This document shows positions 54,501 through 64,000 of a stretch of 64,000 nt of DNA, in pieces. A program made the position numbers and the translations under genes. This stretch comes from Rhina ancylostomus (lineage: Eukaryota), in contig JARFYF010000017.1 in NCBI GenBank assembly GCA_030265395.1, positions 22,919,937 to 22,983,936 on the forward strand, given 5' to 3'. How positions within the stretch are numbered: the stretch's first letter is position 1; each line of letters opens with the position of its first letter. Under the pieces are notes generated by a model. The model ran no database searches. It had not been told where the DNA came from and was given only the letters and a program-made list of their open reading frames with translations.

Positions 54501-55369
54501 CAGATTGTATGGCTGAAAGTATTTTGGATAGCATCCTTTAGTTTGCAGTACAAACTAGAGGAGGCCATTCTCTAGATTCCCAATGAGGAATCTATTGTGC
54601 ATTAACTGTCTCTTGGATAATGAGAAATAAGAAGTTGTGTAGGGAAGCCCATTATTCACGCAACACAGAGTCTGGGATACTCTGTCACTGGGATATATGG
54701 AACTAGATACTTCTTTTTATCATATTTTGGTGGAGATGTGTGGAAATTGGGACCACTGGAGGATTTCAGCTCTATGCGACAGTCAGAGTTGTGGATTGTT
54801 TCAAAGTCTGTGCACAGTTGTTGAGCAATTGGAGAAGGAAGCTTTTATGTTTTGGGCTCATTCCCACTGGAGGCTTGTACAACATGAGTCAATTTACAGT
54901 GCATACTCGTATTAAATCACTAATACCTAATTTGCCAGAATGAAAGAACTTGTGTTTCCAAGCATATGAAAGGGCTATAAATGGTTACAGAACTGGAAGA
55001 TTTTCCCAAGGATCTTGGATAATAAACTCTGTTTCAAAGACAATGTGAAACAATACATCAACAGAAAGGAATCTCACTCCACGAATGTTTAAGTGATAAT
55101 ATTTAAAGTTACTAATTCCTCCAATTGGATGTGAAGTGTGCTGAGATCTGCCGACATGGTTTTCTCTTCAGTCATTTGAGTATTTTTTTACCCATTTACA
55201 AACATCAAAGATGAATAAGAAGCCGTGGGGTTCTTGGTGTATGATACCACTTTAGTTATAGCACATCACAGTCAGAATTAACCAAGTAACTCTGGGAGTG
55301 CTGAAGGAATGCATGGATGTGCTGGGTAACCCCAGGCAATTACTGTACAAGAACTGTAGTGGCCTGTTT

Positions 55370-55990
55370 TCCCTTTCTACTGTTTTATTCTCCACAATGG
55401 ACCAAAAGCAAATTTCCGGAGGCTGATATTGACACCCTTGAAGCGCAAGATCAGGCACAGTCGACACCACGCACCAGGAAGGCATCAAGAGAACTGCCAA
55501 GAAAGCTTGCTTGAAGCATTTTCACTGAATTATAATCCAGTTCCTGTCACAACACATTTCCAGTCACACAGCAGCTTCATATTAGAACCCCTAGTGTTTT
55601 CCTAAAATCACATTTCCTGTTTGTATATAACAGTGGGAGTAAAGAGACTACAGCAAACCATCCACCCTGCAGTAATGTCACCGTGGAATCAGGTAGTCAT
55701 ACACAGTTATAATGTACCTGCTTGGTCCACACACTCCTCTCGGGTACTACCACTCCCTCCAAGGGCTGGCAAAGCCTGCCCCGTGTTTGCAGTCCAACCT
55801 CTACTGCCCTCTTCCTCTCAACATGTTACCAATCAATTCAGTACAGGTAGCTTGCAGAAAGCATTCAAAGACTGGCAAGGTTTCTGCCAGTGCCATTGGT
55901 TGTTTGACATAAAACTCCAGCCACTATCCAGCTGTCTGATGGACAGCATGCCACATAGGAAAAAAAAGGGAAATCATCAGGCATTAAATG
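55370..55990. mobile_element. Possible Harbinger-like remnant (Myb-like piece on +, transposase C-terminus on -)
   Basis: Plus strand KSKFPEADIDTL. Minus strand CVDQAGTL...WMVCCSL (cf. CLDRSGGAL...IIVVCCAL). Both are weak matches. Confidence 0.3.
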
Positions 55991-56271
55991 ATATAACACT
56001 GTAATCAGCAAAGTGAGCTTAATACCTCTGTGCATTCAGTTCATGAATCTCAAAGCTCTTTCAATTGTAGACTACGATTTTTGTAGATATATGTTTCAGT
56101 GTGTCCTTCAAGTCATGGATTTCTGCTGCAGTATATTTGTAATGGTGCTTTTCATTTTGACATGTCTTGTGTGCTTTTATTTAGAACATTGTGCAACACT
56201 ATGAGCTTCTGAAGAAATGTAGCATCCAGAGCCTGGTGCTGTTAATTATGAATTACCACCTTCTATTTTAG

Positions 56272-56406
<135 letters not shown>

Positions 56407-58149
56407 TAATGTTAACCATCCATCAGAAAAGAACCTCACAGTCTAGTAGCCTGTTAATTGTAATGGTGCTCATTAGTTCTAGGGAGATGTATGGGTTTTC
56501 ATTTGAACTTAGTGTAAAGCATAAAATCCTGAATTGCTGCTTGTTTTCATTCTCCCATTTTCTTTGTCTCAATATTGCATTAATGGCAATAAAATAACCA
56601 ATGGACCAGCTGGGGCACATGAAACGATAGGAAAATAAATCTTCAACAGAGGAAAAGAAACTACAAAATCCCTACTATTTTTAACAATGGAAAGTATAGA
56701 CTTCTACTGGATTTGGGCATAAATTGCATTCTATTCAGACAAATTATAATTCTGAAGGAATCATATTAATTTAATTTTTTTTCCTTTCGCAAATGACAGT
56801 TGTAGCTGACACTAGTTCATCTTGGTCCTGTGAAATAAGGCTTTGCAAAAACCAGTTCATGAACGCTTACCCTGTTTGCATGGGCTCCATTGCCTGCTTC
56901 CTTAACAGAAGTCACTTAATTTAGTTGGAATGGCATCTCTACTAAAATAAACAATGCCCCTTTAAGCAAATGACTTCTGGGAATGTTAAATAACTGTCCT
57001 CCTAACTTTCAAATACAGCTAATGGTGTCCATTAGGTTCCCAATTCTCCTCACTAATGCATGACCACAGATACAACATGCTCAGTCAAAATCCACTGGAG
57101 ATTTTTGTTTTAAAAATTCATTGGAATTGATAAAACATAAGTTCGTCATAATCACTCTGAAGATTTTACTAAGACCTTACTCAGATTTTACTAAGACTGC
57201 TTCACAAATAATTTAAGGCTCTGCTGAGGTGATGATTCAACCCAACACCCAATTAATGCATTTTTTCTGTGAATGGAGTCATAGTGTGAAATATATCAAT
57301 CATTATTCACAGATTGGAGCACAGAATTGGACAGATGTAGGCAGCATACTAGTGGGGGAGTGTGTGTGACTGTGACGTTTAAAGGGGTTGGGACCTTTAA
57401 AAATGTCTCAAATTAGGTGATAAAAATGATGAAGTGATTAGCATCCTTTGGTAATGTTGGGGTAATGGAGGGGTTTNNNNNNNNNNNNNNNNNNNNNNNN
57501 NNNNNNNNNNNNNNNNNNNNNNNNNNNNNNNNNNNNNNNNNNNNNNNNNNNNNNNNNNNNNNNNNNNNNNNNNNNNTAAGAAGTAATCAGCAAGGTGAAG
57601 GGAAAGGCCACCCAAGAGTCATCAGATTAAAGGCTGGATGAGGTGATTGTGATGAGAGTTGTTCATGTGCTGGTCCACACCTCCAACTTGAACCTGTAGC
57701 TGCACTGCACATCAGAAATTGTGCAAGTCCCTCATGTACCATTCCTCCTGTATCTACCAGAAAGTGATGTATTCTGCACCCAACTCACTGTTGCCCTAAA
57801 TCTCCTGATTACTTCTCACTGACTTTTCTCACGCTTGATCCCTGGTGAAGCCAGGGGACATTTTGTTGGATCAAATAGGCTATAAAAGTACAAGCTGTTT
57901 GCTTTCTGTGATACAGATATTGCACTACACCCATTCATATTCCTGAGTACAGCTGCTCCAATAACTGAAGTTTAATTCCATTAGCCCTAAAATTTAGCCA
58001 TAGGTTTGAATAAAATAGTGCCAACTGGTATTAACCTAGTTTTTGGATCTCTTAATGTTATGCTTAGGCAATAGTATTTAAGTATCAGTGACTTTCCCTC
58101 TGAGTCAAAAGATTGTAGATCCAGGTCTCATCTGAGATTGGAGCACTAC

Positions 58150-59790
58150 TTCTTCTTAGACCATCCGTTAGGGCCCATGGTGATTTGCTTCCAGTTGGGT
58201 TCTGTAGGTTCTAAAATGGCTGATGAAGCCAATTTGGCATCTGCAGATTTTAGGGCACTTTGGAATCCTGAAGAAGGGACTCAAGGCTATCAGTTCCATC
58301 TATGATGTTCTTTCCTAAAGTATCAGGAATATTAACAATGTGGTTGGGAAGCTATACTGTCAAAGAGAGCATCCTTGAAACTTTCCCTTTGTCCACATGG
58401 TAATGCTCTATGATGAAGGTTGCAGTAGAGGGGTCTGTTTTGGGAGTTTGGTGTTGGGCATGCAAACAGTACAGCCTGACTAACAGAGCTGGCTGAATTC
58501 AACAGAGCCTCAATGACAGAGATAGTTGCCCAGGAGATGACACTGATGTTGATTCACTTATCCTGCCATGGATTAGGGGGATGTTGTGGAGACAGCACTG
58601 GTGATGTCTCTCCAGTATTTTGAGATGCCTGTTGAAGGTGTCACATGTTGTTGCCAACAAGACAATGAGTTTTGTGCTGGGATGAGATCTTGATTTTCCA
58701 ACACTATTTTCCTCAGACAGGCAAAGGCTGAGACATGGAAAGTGGTCCACATGTTCCATTTCACATCTCTATTGTCAGAAAGCATGTTAAAGAGGTGAGA
58801 TGGAAGTTTGGGTAGGCTAGTAGTGAACCTTTGTTTTGCCAATATTGAATGCAAGGCAAGCATCATCTCCATACTTAAGCTCAATATTGCCATTGGAGTG
58901 ATCTTGGTTCTGGAATGGAGGTGGTATTGTTTGAATAATTTCCCACTCATCTTTTGAATAGCTTCATTCCAGTGGGAAACAGACTGGAGACAAGATGTAG
59001 TACTGCAGCAAGAAACATTGAGACAAATGTTTGGATGATGACATTGCCTTGATGAATACAAGTCTGCACTGACAGTGGGTCTGTTATGGTCACATTAGTG
59101 AAGATCACAGCTTACATAGCTGATGTATTATGGAGACGAATTATAGTCACTTTAAACTGATGGAATCAAAGGTTGGTTGTGAGGTCAGTAAGTGCCCTGT
59201 ACAGTTGTTGAGGATGCTTCCTGTATTTCTCTTGGAGTTATTCTGCAGCAAAGATTGTGTGCAGATGGAAGAAATTCACACTGTGATGAGGGAGGCAACT
59301 GCTTGGTCATTAGGTAGAGGAGAACCCTTGTGATGACGTACTATGGCACATAGCAGTGAGGTCTGTTTATAGCTCCCACAATTGGTGGCATCTCTCAAGA
59401 CCATTGGCATATTCTCCTCTTCCGAGATGTAGGACATGAGGCTGAGAAATTATGTCTAAAGTTCCTCCCCATCAAGTTTTGGAACTTGAGCAGGATATCA
59501 TCTGCTCCCAAGGCATTGTTTTTCAGTTGACATATAGCCATCTCTGCTTCTTGATGGTCTGCAGTGGTGGTGAGACTGGACCAGGTAGTTTGCTAAGGAA
59601 TAGTGTCAAAGACATCCATGGATTTTCTGTTAGACTTTGTACTTGTTGAGTTATTTTCTCTTGAGGCATAGTAGCACTTCCAATCCAAGAATGCCTTGCA
59701 TTTGCAGTCTGTAAGCTCCTGGATCTCCTGATGATTCCCATCTGATCATGCCTGGTGATTTCTGGTACAGAAGCTAAGAGTCTCTTCACA
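58150..59790 (-). mobile_element. Decayed RTE-clade LINE ORF
   Basis: Minus strand GKLFK...LHSRTK and RHLKILERHHQCCLHNI (cf. GKLFNLRRL..KTK and RHLKALERYHQRCLRKI). Confidence 0.75.
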
Positions 59791-61979
59791 AGTGCTAATT
59801 AAATGCTAATATAGTCCAGCACTGTGGCTGGTGTCATTCAGTTACATGCAAGCTGTTGTCTGAGAAGAGCATTTTTGGGGAGGTTATCTTGAGATTTCAA
59901 CATGGATTTTCATGTGACAACATTTATAATTCTAGATGCCATGCAATGAGCATGATAAATGTTATGCAGTAAACACGTTATTCAACCACAACAGCCATAT
60001 CACCCAAACAGATTACATGAAATTCAGTTACCTCTCTAACAGGAGAAGCAGACACAAGCCATACACAGCAGGCTAACTGCAGGATAACGGGGATATTGTA
60101 ACCCCCTCATCGAGATGTTTGTGCTGGTCTTGCTAGAATGGTCATTGTCTAACCCCGATCAGCAGAAGGATGAATCAATTATAAATGGTGGTATCTCATA
60201 CTGCATCTTCCTTGAACCTCATCCACTCTCTCTTTGTCCAACAATAACCACACCTACTCTCCACTCCTACCCCTGCATCCACTCCTGATGAAATGCCATT
60301 CCTGAGCCTTTCTGCTTGTCAAGCAGTGGTGATATAGAATAAAGACAGTGATAACGATGCCATCACTATCACTTGATTTCATGTTTGCAGCAGCTAGTTC
60401 AGATTGGGTCTGACGTTGTAACTTTTATTGCAACAGCAGAAGCAAAAGCTCTCAGTGTTTGTCTGTTGCAGTGAAAGCTCAGTCTGTGCTTAATGTAAAT
60501 GATAGCATAGAGGCAGGACCTGCACTAGGAATGACCTGCAGCCAAAGCAGGAGGCAAGATTAGTATAGATGCCAGATAATATAGGAATCAGATGAGTACT
60601 TTGGGCTGTCCATAGAATAAGTTTGATGGTTATACACATTGAAATATTGCTGCTCTTATACAGTCATTGCAACACACAGAGACATTGACTGGCAACCAAC
60701 CTCCAAGTGCATAATTTCTGGACATCCCCTTTAGTTAGCATCTGTACAGTGGTGGCAGGATTGGAGCCATTTGTGTTATTTAATCTGTGCTCAGCCTTAC
60801 AAGATGAGATGGTATTATCTGCAGGTTGAGGCCAAAATGGTGTTGCTCATGTCAATCAACGTTGTTCACTGATTGTGATTCATGATCTACCTACTCTGCA
60901 AGCTTCCAATATACATGTACTACATGAACGTTAGTACCCCAAACAAGAAGACATCCAGTGCGAATATTCCCCAGACCTGCACGCATCATGAAACCTAATT
61001 TAGGGTTCTAAAGACACTCATGATATCTGAAGAAATAATTGCTAACAATCCCAAGGTATCACCATACATCCTACCACCAGAGATCTTGCGTAGCTACAAT
61101 TAAAACTGTATAATCAGACTATATGTTCTAACATGTTTACTATTCTGTCTACAATTTATCCTTGGTTTGTTGAATATGCTGTCCCTGTAGGGCAAAATTT
61201 TGTTGTAGCATTCTTCAGTTTAATGAGCTGTAGTAAACAGAAATGTTTAAATATGCAATGCCCTATATGCCGCATGCAATATAGTTTCTTGAAATGCAGA
61301 TGGTTTATTAACAGCTGCAATAGGTTATAAAAAGATATAAACTTTCAGGGTTGATGTGGACCAGCTACCACATTGAACTGCCCTATATGAAACATAATTT
61401 ATAAGAACAAAGATTTAACATCACTCTGCTATTCATTTGCAATACCAAGCAAGTGGAGAGCAAATCTGCAGTCCTTTATACTAATCTCAAAAGTTTTATT
61501 TTGCTACATGAACGCAGATAGTTGTTTCAGTAGCTGCACATTGGATTTCCCATGATGATGCAAACTGCCAGCCATGTTCTGTTATACAAGGCTATACTCA
61601 CAGTGATGACCAACCAAAGCAGAATTTGTATTTCTGACATTTTGAGTTACTTCCCTCAATCTTTAATTGAACACAGGCATCTTCATGTCCCATCAACTTT
61701 TTGAAAGTTGTCTACCAATCCATGCCTAATATGGCCAAGAGTAACTAGCATAATCCTTGGAGATGGAGCCTTTCATTGCATTGGGTTATACTGGTGCACC
61801 AATGTATAATGCCATTAAGCAACAGTGTTTCAGTTACATCTCAATGCAAATCTAATTTTATTAAAAATGAGTCATTTCAACAAAATGTTGCAACAGTAAA
61901 TCTTTTTGGAATTTTTTTTTGCCAGTTTGCTCCCATATTCTTGAAGGGTGATAGGATTAACCAGGATATTACATGCCAG

Positions 61980-62450
61980 TGAGACTTGAGTCACTAGTAG
62001 GGAAACTATTGGAAAAAAAATTTGGGGTTGGGACTTATGATCACTTGGGAATGCAGGGACTGGCCAGAGGGAGTCAGCATGGTTTTGTAAGGGGAAATCC
62101 TCCTTCACAAATCCAAGTTTTCTGAGGAGGTTACTATGAAAATTAATGAAAAAAAGGCAGTAGACATGGTATACATGGACTTTAGCAAACCTTTTGACAA
62201 GGTCCCACAGGCTAGGCTGGTCCAGAAAGTGAGGGCACATAGGATCAAAGATGTTTTGGCAAAATGGATCCAGAATTGACATGGTGATAGGAGGCAGAAG
62301 GTGGGGGCGGAGGTTGCCTTTCTGACTGGAAGTCTGCAACCAGTACAGGGATCAGTGCTGGGACCTTTGTTTTTTGTCGTATATATATATATATAAATGA
62401 CTCGGATGAGCATGTCTGCGGTCTGATAGGTAAGATTGCTGGTGACCGTA
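61980..62450 (+). mobile_element. CR1 LINE RT fragment
   Basis: SQHGFVRGNP, VDMVYMDFSKPFDKVP, QGSVLGP and YIND motifs. Contains a short (AT)n expansion at about 62380..62394. Confidence 0.85.
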
Positions 62451-62577
62451 AAGACTTGCCTGTTCTATCCTGATATTAAAGTAATAGCTTTTCAAATTGA
62501 CAAGAACCTGGGTGAAACTGTCTTTAATTTTCTGACAATATCTTTTCCATTGATCTGTGATTCTTTTTAACTCCTAG

Positions 62578-62632
62578 TGATAAGAAATTTTCTGCCTTGG
62601 GATTTGGAGCAAGAATTCCTCCTAATTATGTG
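62578..62632 (+). CDS. CPNE7: Copine-7-like coding exon (VWA), 55 bp; gene continues beyond the window
   Basis: ctcctag|T GAT...GTG|gtgagt. Encodes (S)DKKFSALGFGARIPPNYV and completes the phase-2 codon from the previous exon. Confidence 0.95.
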
Positions 62633-63793
62633 GTGAGTAATTTCTGCTTAATGTTTCATTGTGTTATGTTGCTTAAGCTGTTCTGGATTTGCCAGTGTCT
62701 TTCCTTTTGCCCCACCTCTGCTTTCTGTGCAATATCTTCCTTTTATTGCCTACATGTCCCCGTTTTCCTCTGTCCAAGTTGGCACAGTCCTCAGTGAAAG
62801 CTGTCTTACTTCTGTTCAATGCTATTTCCCATTCATGAGCCTTCTGTCCGCTCCCAACCCAGCTCCATTGCAGAGTCACATGTTTTCTCAAGATTCAAAT
62901 CTGCCTTGTCCTAAGCCATAACACCATCTGCTCTGTCTGACTCTCTCTCTTTCTTCTCTGTCCATATCTAATATTGGCAGTGGTTCTGTCAAGATACTTT
63001 AAAAAAAACGTTTGGCAATATTTTCCATTTAATTCTGTTTGCTCATACACCTTGGCTGAAGTGTTCTTCTCATTGTTGAAAAGGAAGGAGATAAATCCTT
63101 GTAAGTTGTGTGGTCCAGTTCATTTATTTAAGTATGCCCTTTGTGTGCTGATCATTGCTATATATGTCCAAGAATTTTGCATTTAATCTAGTATTGTTCA
63201 CTGCTACATTTTTCTCTCTTGATAGCTGTCTGATCAGTTCAATAAATATGTAGAATAAATTTGTCTAATTCTCCAAACAGATTCTTTATCAAGATGAATT
63301 GCTTATATTTATAAAATCTTCAGGTTATACGATGGTAACTCTAAACTTGCTATAGTATAATTTACATATCCACTTCTGGTTTATGGAAAACATGTCTTTA
63401 ATTTGAGATTTTTGTTCTGACAGTGTACTTGGCATCTATTTTCCAATATTTATAAATCACAACCTATCTCCCTGAGCTAGAGTGGAGGAGAGGATGTTTC
63501 TTTTTGTGCCAGAACCTAGAAACAAAAGGACTGTGTTTAAAATTAAGAAGTTACCCATTTACAACAGAGACAAGGCAAACTTTTTTCTCCCAGNNNNNNN
63601 NNNNNNNNNNNNNNNNNNNNNNNNNNNNNNNNNNNNNNNNNNNNNNNNNNNNNNNNNNNNNNNNNNNNNNNNNNNNNNNNNNNNNNNNNNNNNNNNNNNN
63701 NNNNNNNNNNNNNNNNNNNNNNNNNNNNNNNNNNNNNNNNNNNNNNNNNNNNNNNNNNNNNNNNNNNNNNNNNNNNNNNNNNNNNNNNNNNNA

Positions 63794-63960
63794 ACACCCA
63801 TGTCTTTGGAATATAGGGCGTTGAGATATGGGAGAAAACTGGAAACCCATACAGTCACAGGGAGAATGTGCAAATCCTACACAGACAGCACTGCAGGTCA
63901 GGATTGAACCTGGGTCACTGGAGCTGTGAGGCACAGCTCTTCTAGCTGCACCATTGTGCT
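63794..63960 (-). mobile_element. V-SINE 5' part
   Basis: GTCACAGGGAGAATGTGCAAA...AGGATTGAACCTGGGTCACTGGAGCTGTGAGGCA, the reverse complement of the tRNA-like head (B box) and V domain. Confidence 0.8.
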
Positions 63961-64000
63961 GCTCTACGACTGTGGTGGAAGCAGAGACGATGAATACTCT

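Noticed and set aside
57160-57197. 15-bp direct repeat AGATTTTACTAAGAC with a short spacer
   Set aside because: Only two copies in a eukaryotic intron. It is a simple micro-duplication, not CRISPR-like.
59860-61050. Coding-like stretch resembling decayed transposon sequence
   Set aside because: I could not recover any motif on either strand, so it is left unassigned.
63890-63960. tRNA-like B box (reverse complement GGTTCAATCC)
   Set aside because: It is the head of a V-SINE followed by the SINE body, not a tRNA gene.

Overview
Vertebrate genomic DNA, most likely from a cartilaginous fish (inferred from the CR1, V-SINE and Penelope-type repeat content), with several N-gaps. It is AT-rich and repeat-dense. 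The only host gene I can support is a plus-strand copine, CPNE7-like. Ten internal GT-AG coding exons (13314..62632) splice in frame and encode most of C2A, all of C2B and the start of the VWA domain. The first coding exon and the 3' exons lie outside the window. The introns hold many decayed retroelements (CR1, L2, Tx1, RTE, Rex1-like, Gypsy, a possible R2/HERO-like element), SINEs, Harbinger-like remnants and a TSD-flanked LTR. The most notable object is a sense-oriented, 2.85-kb, heavily deleted endogenous retrovirus at 36545..39396. It has a tRNA-Ser PBS, no gag/pro/RT, a near-intact integrase and a gamma-type env collapsed by an internal deletion. Its two LTRs are unusually divergent, no TSD is visible, and a PPT-like motif also precedes the upstream LTR, which suggests a tandem or chimeric provirus. 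Repeat boundaries and family names come from reading by eye and from recalled motifs, not from database searches.
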